Shown one piece after another: positions 38,201 to 50,526 of a DNA stretch of 64,000 nucleotides. A model generated the notes under the pieces. It did no database searches. It was given only the letters and a program-made list of their open reading frames with translations, and was not told the origin of the DNA. A program made the position numbers and the translations under genes. How positions within the stretch are numbered: the stretch's first letter is position 1; every line of letters starts with the position of its first letter. Origin of the DNA: Phoronis australis (Eukaryota > Animalia > Phoronida); assembly GCA_002633005.1 (NCBI GenBank), contig NMRA01000317.1, positions 169,300 to 233,299 of the forward strand, read 5' to 3'.

Positions 38201-40604
38201 TAAATATAATTACAATTAGAGTATTTCGGCAGCAAAACTCAGGTACTACAATTCTTAAGTTTCTAAAATAGCACATTCTTGAGACATTGCTCTCTAACCA
38301 ACAAACTAACTTCTTCATAACAGAATTTGTTTATTATTTGCTAACAACTCACAATTTGTCATAAAACTATGAAACATCAAACTCAGCAAATTATCGTATT
38401 TTCATGAGCTGCATCTCAACCTTGCTTACCATGAAGTGGCACCATACCAATAATCAATTAGAGATTCGACGAAAAAAGTTTCTTGAAAATTGCAAACTGA
38501 AAACGAGTAAAAGTAACACAGAAGATGTGTTGTTTCACATTACCTTGCAACTGATCTTGTAGAGTTTTGAAGTAACGTGAAAATCTATTATACAGGGCTT
38601 GGAATGACCAATTACAAAAATCAGAAAAATTGTCTAGGTGATGTATTGTTCCACAAATAAATATACTTGTGTGATAGAAGTATTTTTTTGCGTTGCAACA
38701 TAAACATTTTTGCATGAATAAAGTCAAAATAATGACGAAAAGAGAAGAAAAAAATGAAACTGGAAATCAAATAAGGGAAAATCGAAAATTCCAAGCCCTG
38801 ATTATAGATATTACATACTGGATATTTCTTTGGCAGTTTCTATAAACTGAGAATAGTTCTTGAAGACATTTCTCTTCAGTGTCTGGGAAGTTTCATCAGC
38901 AATCTGTTGAATCTTCTTCTTTGTATCTAACAACTCATCCTCACCACCCTCTGACAATGTGTTCACATCTGTGGAGAAAATGGCACAAATCTGAATTAAC
39001 CTTTCTCAGTAAAGTATGGTAAAAACACCATGAAATTCGAAAATTTTAGGCAAGACAGCGAGCGTTTGAAAAACAAAAAATGACAACAGTTTGGCCACTG
39101 TTTTTGTTTGAATTTGAAGAAACTACTGTAAATAAGAAAATGAATATTTTTTAAGCAACTGATTTATGATGAGATAACTTTTTAAACAGAAGTCATCTAA
39201 ATACTTGCATACAAAATGTTTGTCAATGTAAAAGCACTTCAATGTAACCAAAAACAAAGTTGAAATAGGAATAAGAATGTTCAGTGAATACTGTCTAGGG
39301 GTATGCGCAATGAGGTATTGTTTATGTTTCCTGAGATAATACATACTCATACGAGTGTAATCCAAGATCAGTAAAAAATGTTGAACCAATGTAACAGTTA
39401 GCTAACTTCCATCATGCTTACCATTTGCATTGCAAAAAAACAAGACATCGCCCCACAAGTGCCTTGTGGGTGACCTATGGGAAAAATTCTTCAATTTAGA
39501 CAATGAAAAATTAATTACTTTTTTCAAGATCGGAACTTGCACTAAATACTAAAAATAGTCAATATTGGCCAACTCAAATTCAAGAATCCCCGGAAAGACA
39601 GCAAAATTACCCACTCTATAGATTGAAAACATGTTTGTATGAAATTTGAGAAATATCCATGGTTAATGTCAAAATTGCCCTTGTCCCAATTTCCATAATC
39701 AAGAGAACTTATTTTTTGTGGAAGTTTGTGTGTCCCAGACTGTAGGGACTGGCCCAAATTGGAGATTTTACTGTAAAATCAGTAAACGCGCTGTAATGCA
39801 GTAATCAATAGCAGTAGACATGTGACATGTTTCCTTCTGCTATACCAGCAGTAAACCCACGTTCTGTATAAGAAGCAAACTTCTGATTTAGACAAGTAGT
39901 GTCCAAAATCTGTTGAGGTGCATAGCCCCAACCACTTACCAGTACCACAGAAAAACTGGTCTCAGCTTGTTTCTTACTCAGATGAAAGTGATTTCTATGT
40001 TTTCAAACTGACAGTTATTTCTTGAGACCAAGTTCAGCCGCTTCAGCGCATAATATGACCTGTCGTGACAAGCCAACTTCCAGGGCCCAAAGTCAAGCAA
40101 TGGTGGAATGTCAATTCTTTCAAAGCCTTCTTTAAATCGCCTCAAACATGGCTAGGACCAATTAAAAATTAATTTCATAATGGTAAGTGGTCTAAATCAA
40201 AATTTGTGGTTGCTGTGACGGAAGGCGTGGCATCAAAGGTTAATTATTCACAGACAAAATGTTCAATTGACATGAGATACAAGAAAATCTAAGTTAAGAA
40301 ATGTTTAGTGGTGTTTTACTTTCCACATTATCAATTACAACAAATTTTCTTCTTCAGAGACGATAGTCATTAGACATGTCACATTGTCTAGACCTAGGCC
40401 CAGGCCAGTGGTAACCGCCCAGCCGCTCCTGCCAATTCAACCTATGTTATTCACAAAATAATACAAAGTTATTGAGTTTTTCCCATTGAACTAAGACATG
40501 ACATGTGTGTACTAACACATAAATGGTCACTAAAACAGAGGGAACGTACATGCTTCGGGATCAAAATTTTCCGACGTCAGTTTCTTCACAAGACCTTCCG
40601 CCAT
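29230..40604 (-). CDS. EXOC8: Exocyst complex component 8 (Exo84), ~693 aa, 16 coding exons
   Basis: Exons 40550-40604, 38819-38968 (LKRNVFKNYSQFIETAKEIS), 38085-38180 (LEGEMYQLSHMLTEQK), 37338-37432, 36367-36509 and 35888-36041 (PH domain), 35280-35412, 34648-34806 (NPF motifs; WLQELPEDLDVSIAQRDFEGAVDL), 33730-33781, 32937-33081 (SLRGGPRAARRAVAQLIRLG), 32363-32543, 31939-32069, 31159-31278, 30665-30770, 30152-30342, 29230-29400. Total 2082 nt, all phases agree. Confidence 0.93.
34374..34604. repeat. 43-bp minisatellite, ~5 copies, in an EXOC8 intron
   Basis: Near-identical units AGTTGAGTATAACAGTAAGATCATGATATCCAGATAACACATA. Confidence 0.92.
37451..37618. repeat. 23-bp degenerate minisatellite (TTGGTCATTCAGGCAGATCCACA), ~7 copies
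   Basis: Tandem units next to the EXOC8 exon 4 acceptor. Confidence 0.8.
39481..39772. mobile_element. Tc1/mariner-like MITE, copy 2 (inverted relative to copy 1)
   Basis: Ends CCCAAATTGGAGATTTTACTG|TA; the body is a diverged reverse complement of ~13600-13780. Confidence 0.55.
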
Positions 40605-40825
40605 TTTTGTTATTCCCGGAAGTTTAAGAATCTCGCAAAATGTCGTTAGACATATTTCAATATAACAGAAATTTCGGAGCACCACATTATCCCAGATTGT
40701 CCTGAGAATATCTATATAGCATTTCAGATAAAAATAAGTCGCCAGGTCCCAACACAATTTCAGAACCAACAAGATATGGAGGTTTTTGTGCCAAATATCG
40801 TTAGCAGACGAGAAATTTATCAAAG
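40605..40825. promoter_or_regulatory. Compact bidirectional promoter, EXOC8 / C8orf33
   Basis: Only 221 bp between divergent ATGs; both starts sit in YY1-like AA(A/G)ATGGCGG motifs. Confidence 0.7.
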
Positions 40826-43800
40826 ATGGCGGAACCCATCAGAAAAGGCAAGAAGAGAGGTGGTAAAAGTGCCTCAAAGAACTCTTCTGAGCCACAAGAA
40901 CAGGTATTGGTTATTTCTCTAGTTGCGTGTTAGAATATATTGGCATTGTCGAATAAACCGATAAGATATTCGGTGTAGGATTTCCCTCAATTCGATTTAA
41001 TGCCCAGCATGATCACGTGCCAATCCCAGACACAGGCATTCTCACCAGCCGCTCGCTGTAATGAGTGTAATGTACTATAATATATATTATTTAATTTATT
41101 ATAGTATCATACGAGCAGATGACTAACGGTGCCTCTGATCCAGTCACACAACAATTCTCTCACCTCTCGCCGGACATATTTATGCCTGGGGTGTGATGTA
41201 GTCTGAGAATAGGCCTAGCTTGAACCCCACGCAGATGAAAATTGTTCGCTTGACCACATATTCTACAAACGTCAACAACATGTCAGTTATGAAGTGTGTG
41301 GGCGCAGGGCCCAAAAGCATTAACCCATACCATGCTCCAATTCATTTGAAGCAGGTGGTCTTATGGAGGAAATGTGTCTGTCCTGACCATGCCTTGAATA
41401 GTGCGTGGTTGTATGGACAAAAATTGTTAGCATGATAATGGCCACTGTGAAGGTGTATGTCAAAATGTGCATCGGCATTGAACACTAACCATGTAGAACA
41501 CTGTCATTCAACAAGGTTCTAGCCAAAACATTAAACAAGGGAATGCACGTCCTTGCTTCTCTAAACTGGTATGCCTTTTTTAATCTTTTTCAGATGAGTA
41601 ACACAGGTACGCCTGATTGTTCAAGCAATGAGGTAAGAATAAGATAAAGGAAAAAAGTGTATATTTCAAATTCAGGTTCAATTTAAATGTATCACATTTT
41701 CTTTTGAAGTGACTATAACTTCTCTTCATTCACAAAAACTATGACGTTGGACGTAGACCACTCAATAGTCTGAAATTCGGGTCTCAAATTGTTCGATCCT
41801 TACGGAAATTAGGAGTGATGTCAAAGGGCTTAGAAAGACATTTAATTACTGCTTGAGACTAGCAGGCTCTTCTACAAGTTGGCTTGCCAGGGTGAATCGT
41901 TTTTATGTGTCTAGCATGGTCTCAAGCAGTCATTGGAGTGTCAAGTTTTTTTTAGACCGAGAAACCTGAATAAGGAACAAAATGGTTTTATTCCTCTTTT
42001 TCCAGGCCTTACAACAAGACTCCTTCGAACGAGAGCTCCAATGGTGCATTCAACAGTTGGAGATGGGACTTAAGTCTACACAAGCCAACTCCAAGAAAGG
42101 TTAGGCTTGTTAGATTTTCTGCTGTTGAACCAACATTTTCAAATGGTTACTCCTTTCTAATTGAATAAATGAAATTAAAACTCTGAGGGTCCATGAAAAT
42201 TTTACCATTGTTGTCCAACTTACTGAAAAATACAAATAATTTTTTGACAAATGAAAACAGGTGATTGCTCATCTTTCCAGAAGATTATCCGTAGATATTC
42301 ATAGGTAGGGGGAACATGACGTGATACATTCCAATGAAGTTAATCACACGAGAAAAGATAGCACAATCCAGATGGACAAATTTACTTGTACCTTTCACAT
42401 TGCTAGAGTTTGCTCATTTTGTGTTGTTACAGCCTCGTGCATGTTTGCACACTGAATACTGTAGGCACACTGAATGCTGTAGGCACACTGAATACTGTAG
42501 GCACACTGAATACTGTAGGCACACTGAATGCTGTAGGCACACTGAATACTGTAGGCACACTGAATACTGTAGGCACACTGAATACTGTAGGCACACTGAA
42601 TGCTGTAGGCACACTGAATGCTGTAGGCACACTGAATGCTGTAGGCACACTGAATGCTGTAGGCACACTGAATACTGTAGGCACACTGAATGCTGTAGGC
42701 ACACTGAATGCTGTAGGCACACTGAATGCTGTAGGCACACTGAATGCTGTAGGCACACTGAATGCTGTAAGCACACTGAATACTGTAGGCACACTGAATG
42801 CTGTAGGCACACTGAGTGCTGTAGGCACACTGAATACTGTAGGCACAATCAGATTGTTATCTCTAGAAAAAATAAGACTTCAAGCGTGGAAGTAAGTTCA
42901 ACATTATTCATGTGTCTAAATGAATGACTTAGTAACGACTTACTGTGTCTTCCAATAGGATCGATAGTTTCTTCTTGGAGAGTCTGATACGCAGAAGAAA
43001 AATTTGTGGTTTGTACTATTCATCTGTATTTACTGACAGGTCAGGAAGCTATGAAAATTCTGAAAATATTACGAAGTTCTAAAGCTCCAATGATAAAGAA
43101 GCGACAAGTGATGAGGATGAATTTTGGTGACTATAGAAAGAAGATGGAAGATGAAGAAAAGAAGTATGCTACAAGTGAGTAAATGAATTTCTAAAAACTG
43201 TAAAAGCCAGTTTTTACTTTTTGAATTAACAAAAATTGAAAGATTGTCATGAATTTTGGAACAACACCCTTATAAAAAGGGATGATTGGTGAGCTTTTGT
43301 TCTTTTTAAGTACAAAATGAAAACACAATTATGAGATTTTTTGGTAACAGTCAACTGTTTTGAGAACCACTTTTCTCCACTAAATAACGGGCATCAAAGT
43401 CGTTCTCACAATCTGGAACCCCTGTAACAATTGCCTTTTTCTTTTTTAATTGACCTTGTGGCATTAGCAGACATCTTGACTGAATCCTTGATGCCTTTGA
43501 AAGTTTTTTCTTCCAGTTTAAAACTTTTTGCTTACAGGTTAGTTTGTCTTGCATTTTTAGAAATCATCTTGTAGACTAACTACTCTGTTAACATTTAAAA
43601 TGATTTTGTTTGAATACTGTAGATCCAAAAAAGTTGCGTCTCCAGGCCGTGGAAGGCAATGCTCAAAAGAAATCGTCCACTTACTTGAAGAAATCTATGG
43701 GATTTTGTGCTGAGAAGTCACAGACTGAATTTGTTGGTGTACAACATACGTTTGCGTTTAACTTTACAATAAGTGACATTGATACACCAACGACAGGGGA

Positions 43801-43951
43801 CATTGAACAAACTGCAAATAATGGTGTAGAGGGAACAGACAGTGCACCTGAAGCTACAGACACTGTCAATACAAGTTTCAACTATTATAAAATGCACACG
43901 GGTGATGGTGGTTTCAAGTTTTCCTTTGCCATGGAAGACGCGGATAGTTGA
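40826..43951 (+). CDS. C8orf33: UPF0488 protein, C8orf33 homolog (DUF4615-like), ~224 aa
   Basis: Exons 40826-40903, 41594-41632, 42006-42099 (FERELQWCIQQLEMGLK), 43040-43174 (LRSSKAPMIKKRQVMRMNFGDYRKKM), 43623-43951 (ends FKFSF...). Total 675 nt. The ELxWC..QLE.GL and KRQ.M...FGDYR motifs are typical of the family. Confidence 0.82.
42448..42847. repeat. 18-bp minisatellite CACACTGAAT(A/G)CTGTAGG, ~22 copies, in C8orf33 intron 3
   Basis: Very homogeneous array with two variants; explains four overlapping repetitive ORFs. Confidence 0.95.
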
Positions 43952-45022
43952 CCAAGTTTTCCTACCAAATGTTACTGAAGCATCACAACTTCAGGGTAAT
44001 CCAATGTTTCCTGTTGTTGTTCAGACAATATGAACACTGGCGCCATGATGAGTACAATAACAACTTTTTTTAAATTTGGCTGACAATAAACTATTTATTA
44101 CATTTTAAAACATATTCTTCACATGTCTTTCACAGGTGCAAAGTTTGTGTGAAAACAATGAATTTTTTGTACAATAGGCGTGCGTTAACAGTGAATGAAA
44201 ACTTTTCTTCACAGTTAATGAAAATAGAAAATAGACCATGTGCGAATTAATCGCCAGGTGGTGCTGTTTGCCCTGTTTCCAACACCAAGGGTGCGACCTA
44301 ACCAACCATTATATCCTGTCTATATTTGGAAGACCCCCAATGTTTACTATGTGCTTTGGCTGTGCAACACCATAACATTTGTGGAAATATATGGCACTGT
44401 ACTGCTCATTTGCTTGTCATGTGGTAAATCTCGCTAATGTAAGACATCTTATGCGTGGATACTTTTACGAGTGCACCCAGTTTTGTTGGCGTAAAAATAA
44501 TTTCATTGATGCACTGATTGCTTGGCTCAGCCCAAGGGGCACATTAAATTTGGACGAGAAGGACAAAAAATTAACATGACTCCCAGTTTCTCCAAATTGG
44601 CCCATAGGCTTGAGGCCATGTGGTCAATTCACCCATACCAATGTTTGTCTAAAGTGATCCCTGCATATGGTGACAAGTGAAATTTCATTGTCTCATTTTT
44701 CCATAAAAGATGAATAGCACCAAATTTTCAACTTTTTCACATTTTTCAAATTCTGTGTCATAGCCACCATTACACAAAATTTTGAAATCTTGGCATTCGC
44801 AACAGTGTAAGAAGACCATGAAAAGTAAAAATGGTAATGTTATCAACTTTTTACAAAACTGACTCTGAATCACATGATTTTAGTTTAATAACATAATTTA
44901 TCATGAACTTAAATTTATGTAAAAAACTAGCTTTTGTTGTTTTAAGCAATGTGTTCTTAAGCCACACTAAAGAAGGACGGGTGCTCTCCTCTATTCCCTA
45001 TGTGTTTCATTTAGTGTTATTT

Positions 45023-48000
45023 TTAGTCTGTGTACACTGTGGTCGTTGTGGTGGTGTGCGACGGCCTTAGGAAGTCGTCTGTATTGCACGTGTATCGCAC
45101 ACTGGTACTTTTACTGGAGTCATCTGGTATTGTCTCAGTTTGGTGGGATTTGCAACTAGGGGCACCTATTGTTACAGAACTGCTGCCGTCTGGCGACAAG
45201 TCACTTGGCAAATGTTCCTGTTCGTTCTCTGCTATGCCGTGATTGTTTGATGTATTTAGATGCGGCCATTCTTCATTCACTTCCTCGGTAATGGTCTTAG
45301 CTGATGGCGCCTTGGATGCTCCCTTACTGTGTGGAATAAGCGAAGGTTGCGTGCTACTATCCGTGACGTCACTACCACGTCGAATTTTTCGTCGATGGGA
45401 TGAAAGTGAATTTGGCGGGTTTTTGGGTAGGTGGCGCGACCCATCTTGTATGGAGAGAAGCTCTTCTTCTATCCCCTTACATTCTGGACATAACATACAT
45501 TCACACAAGCCAACATACAACTCATCGTATAGATCGATGTAGTCAGTCCGTTTGGGATAATACTGTGGGAATAGTTTGGGCGGATCGGCCATTTTGTACT
45601 GAGGAGGTCGCGTTAGCGGAAGATACTCCTTTCGCTTTTTCTTTTGTTCCGTCGAACTTTCGGTCTGGTTGCTTTGTGGTTCTGGATCACGTGATTTGTT
45701 TTTACTTTCGAAAATTTCAAGCTTTTTAAATTTTGTCAAAGTTATTTTCTGCTTAGTGTCTTCCAATTTATTGCTTGTTTCTGAAAGCGTTTTCTTCCTA
45801 TGCGTATCAGACGATACACTTTTCTGATCATCCGACTCTGTGCTTTGTGCTGATTCATCTACTGAACTAGCTGTAATGTCTGTAGTAGCATTTGAAAGCT
45901 TGGTGCGTTTCGTGGCGCGCTTTGATTGTAGCGACCCGCTGTCGAGAATAGTTATGTTAACAGCAGTCACTTTTGGTTTACTTGTCTTTTTTGTTTCAGA
46001 TTTTCTTGATGTATAAACGTACTTTCCCACACTTTTCCCAGATTCACTGTCAGTTATCGTGCCGTGAAAAGTACTGCGCGACTCGTCGCCCTTTTTGAGT
46101 GTTCGTGACTCATCTCCTCTTCGTATCGATGGCGCCGTCTGACTTTCAATAAGCAAATCATCCAAATGGTTCGGTTCCTGTAATTCTAATTTAGGTATTG
46201 AAGACAGGGAGAACGTTGAAGATGCGACACTCATTGCTTTGGTAGGACGAGTAAGACCTAGATTTTGTGCCAACTTTGACTGCACTTTAGACCAGTCTGG
46301 TAAATCCTGCGCACTCGCCATTATGTTACCATGGTGATGTGGCTGGGTTTCATTCACAATGTTAATTACATCCCTTTCACTCAGTTTGAGTTTGAGTAAC
46401 GACTTCTGCTTCATTTTATAGTGGTCTCCGTGCTCGATTGCCTCAACTGGAGGGACATGTCTTCGCTTAACGTCACGTAATTCCCTGTAACGTTCTGGCA
46501 TTGGATTGAGTTGTTTTGGTATTGGCATAGGTGCTGCGACATCAGGCACTTTCTGGGAAAAGTGGCGAATATTCTCTCTTATTTTTGTTAAGTCTGCCTC
46601 CATCTTCAGTGACAGGGTCGAGTCGACACTTTTGATTTTACTGTCACTCATCGACACCTTAGCGTTTATGCTTGGCAAAATTCCCCCGAAAGACTTCACT
46701 GGGTTTATTTCGTCAGAGTTGAGATTATTGTGCTGTGAAAGTGATACTCGAGCTTCTGTCAAAAACGTCGGTGTGGAATTCTTGTCGCCAGGATCAACAT
46801 TTTCAGATTTATGAATGGGTGGTAATTGGTTGAGTCTGTCCAGGGATTGCGTAGTCTTGTTTAACTTCTTGTCTCGATTCACCTTGGTCAATTTACTTTT
46901 CGGATTTGAGAATTGTTTATTTGTTGTCAATGATTTGCTTAATTGATCTACTCCTTTCAGTGCCGGCAAACTCATAAACACAGCCATTTTGCTATCTCTG
47001 TCAACCACCTGTATCTTTCTATAGTTATCAACGAACGTTCTCAACAAGTGAGTCTTGGTTACGGAGTGATGCCAGTCTCGCGGGTTGGTGGCGTCCATGC
47101 CGCTTAGCAAACCAGGGTTGCTCTTGATATAAAGATCCATTGGTTTCAACCCGCCCTGTAGTCTTTGGTTGTCTTGCATGATACAACTATTCACACTGTT
47201 TTGGAAAGCAGATAGGTCGAGGATTGGTCCGTCCGGTTTAGGTATCGGCGTACACCGCGGAGCGCGTGGCGATGTCGCGTTCTGTTGACGTTGCCATAAT
47301 TGTCTGACGTCCAGCAAGTCACGAGTCCTGGAATACAAAGATCTAGAATGTATACGGTCTCTCTGGTTTTATAAATTGATACAAGATTCAAGCCTATTAA
47401 TTGAGAAAGTAACGAAGGCTTATAATATGCAGCTTTGCAAAACTTATAAAGTATGATTTCGAGAATGGGTGACTCGTGTTGTAAACAATACGTACATGTC
47501 AAATTTCTTCACAGTTTAACTCACTGTCGCTAGATAAGTTTCTATCCGCACGGACTCCATGTAAAGATAGTTTTGTCGCCGACGCACTTTTAACTCGTTA
47601 CTATTCTGAGCTTTGTCAAATACAAACTATTTATTCTCATCTATTTACGAGCGCAGCTGTCCGAGATCTTGGTATTTTACTTCTGTCATTTACTCAGAAA
47701 TTTGCCTAGCGACAAATGGATAAAATGTGTGTTGATTTTGCTTTCACGAAGTAAACTGTTTTATTTACTCTTGATGTAAAGATAATCCTATGCTAACACT
47801 TCTTGAGACTAGTTTAATCATCAACTGAATCGCTGATGCCAAGTTAAAATATCTGTATAACAATGAAGCAGTTCAAATGAAAGTAATATAAACTTTGCTT
47901 TTTACCGTTCACCGAGTCAAACTGAACCGATAGGGCGCTAAAATATTTTATGAAGAGATCACTTGATCACAGTTACCGTAGTATATTTACAGAAACCAAG

Positions 48001-50526
48001 GCCAACTTTTGTGTCACAATATTCATCTTGGTTTTTATTTACAGGTCTGTGTGACAATGTGTTTCCCCTGGTTATATATTAAATCAACGTTTTCAAATCG
48101 AACACAATTATACTGATCACACATTTTGTTGTCAGTCAGACTACTCTGGTATTGGTGTCGGAGAATATTGGCTTATCAACAAGAAGTTCTGTTTTAGTTT
48201 TTGGACTTTCGTAGAGTCGTACGCTGAAACCAAACCACCGAGTTAGAACCCTGTAAAGCTATGACGTACGAGAAAATTTTATTTAGCATATCCCAAGAAA
48301 AAAATGTACACGGTTATAAACATAATTTAGATACTGGGAAGGTAAACGTAAACCTGAGGCACTACGAATGATGCAAAAAGGTGAAGGACTTGCTTTCACT
48401 GTGAGGCTGTTGTTGATGTCACTGCAGTGGCTTTTAAGAGTTCATAAGGGATTACTTCCAAAATTGGGATAAAATCGTCACATTGCTTCCCCCGATCATA
48501 CTGCCAGGCATATGTAGAGGTGTTACTATTATCATCAAAAATAATTGTACTCAGATTATCATTGTTTGACATGTATAATTGAAACAAACAAATTACGCCA
48601 TTTTATTAAAAAATATGTTAGAAATTTAAAAATTAAGACGATATGATTTTACCCAGCAGGGGATCACAGAGTTCGGTCAAGTCGTAAATTACATCATAGT
48701 TAAGACTCGTGGTTGTACTTCCAAGATTGTCAATTTAGCGCTTTTTATGGAAAAAGTAAATAACCACACCATCTATTCATAAATTGACCGTAACCTAGTA
48801 ATCATGCCAAACCGACCACCGTCGTGAACTCAAACTAGAAGCCGTTTCCCTACGATTAAAACAGTGCACTCGTTTACAGTCCGATGAAGCAGTATGAGGC
48901 TTAACTCGCGTTTGAGACGTAGTCTATACATGGCTTTTGTCTTAACGAGCTTAACCTTGTTTCAAAACGATTATACCTACAGTTTTAGACATCTTACCTA
49001 TGTTTTACACTGTTGCCTGTTTACATTTCCTTTTCCAATATTCAGAGACCCTTGGCTGTTTCCACGGATCTGGTAGACCTACCGATTAAGCGACCTCACA
49101 GAGGCAATTTGCCCCCAGCTGACAGAATACGTAAATTCACTTTACAGCTTCGTAAGAAAAGGATCAATGTAATAAGAGGCCTAGTTAATGCTTAAATTCG
49201 CACCGATAAAACGCATTATAGAACAATTTATTGTACCGCTACGTTTTCATATCAATGGCTCGCTTTGAATTAGACTCATGTATCCCATAAACCCGACTGC
49301 TGAATAAACATTGTGCGCTTTCAGTCGTCGGCCCATAGCGACGACGTTTGATTTACAGAATACACGTTCAACTACACGTCTGCATCCCTGGTATGCAACA
49401 ACAGAAAAAACTGTTTGCTTTATTTGCCACATTTCGTAGAGGTTATCCTAAGACTAGACAGATAATTCGTAATCTACATAACTAGAGTCACCGCTGTTAC
49501 GCCCACTTCGTTGTTATGCGGACCCATTCGAGATACACTAGCTATTAATATACGACTGTTCAGTGTTATATTTTACGAAGAACCAACCCTACAATGCATT
49601 TTAAACGGAGAAGTATCCCGAAGTAATCTGCCAGACTATTATTATTATTATTATCAGTATCATTATTGTTGTTATTGTTAGGAGTCGTATTATCTATAAA
49701 CATTTTAACATTGTCCCTATTATCCTTATTCAATTATTATAATATTTCTCTTTGTCGAAAGCGTTCATTCCGGAACGAACACACGCACAGAAAACGCACG
49801 TGACATAAAATTAGTAAAATGATGAATATATGAACATCTATTCCCAACAAAGAGAACAGATTGGGGGTAAACCATGCCGTACGTTTACAAAACAAGAATT
49901 GCGTCAAGTGACTGTGTTAATGATATTTTTTCGACGTCCGTTTCAGTTTCGTCCCCTCAGTAAGCAAAATGAAAGCTGGTAGCGACGCCGACGTGATGTA
50001 AATATTTATTTCGCAATGCGTTAAGAACCAAACAAAACAAAATTTGTCTGTATAGATTGCTTTGTTAACTAAAGAAGTAGGCCTATATAGTGAGTTAGTA
50101 ATTACCTCCAAAATGTTATAACTGAATAGCTTATTGAAATCGAAACAAACCTTTGTCTTCCACTTTCAGTGTTATTTATTAACACAAACAACAGCGTTTT
50201 GCCGTGACAAATGGATGACGCCATCGTTATCTTAACCATTGTACAACTGATAACATTCACATCGCGAACAACTATTCGAGAAACAGTCTGCAATTCAAAG
50301 TTAGATTCTCCGACACTCAGTTTTACCTATGGTTTTACGATACTGACTGTCTGTTTACTGTCAAATATAGACTATGCGGACAATTAGGTAAATTTTTACC
50401 AATGCAAGACTATCACATGTGACCACGAAACGATGGAAATAAACCCTGTCATGAAAAATGGCCACGAATTATCTTTCCAAAAGCTTATGTGAGAACTTAC
50501 CGGTTATTTTTCCGAGTCGTCATCAT
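45023..50526 (-). CDS. Uncharacterised ~776-aa Ser/Lys/Thr-rich, probably disordered protein (two coding exons)
   Basis: Uninterrupted 2.3-kb ORF 45023-47327, preceded by acceptor CTTTGTATTCCAG| (the ORF-track start is a TTG inside it). Candidate first exon 50501-50526 (ATGATG...MMTTRKNNR, donor CG|GTAAGT) fits phase 2. The large exon is well supported; the first exon is inferred. Confidence 0.75.

Noticed and set aside
42334-42927. ORFs resembling Cys/His-rich or antifreeze-like repeat proteins
   Set aside because: They are translations of an 18-bp intronic minisatellite inside C8orf33 intron 3; the flanking exons join in frame without them.
45030-46814. Plus-strand ORFs overlapping the 771-aa ORF
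   Set aside because: Antisense shadows of a long coding exon, with no independent motifs or splice support.
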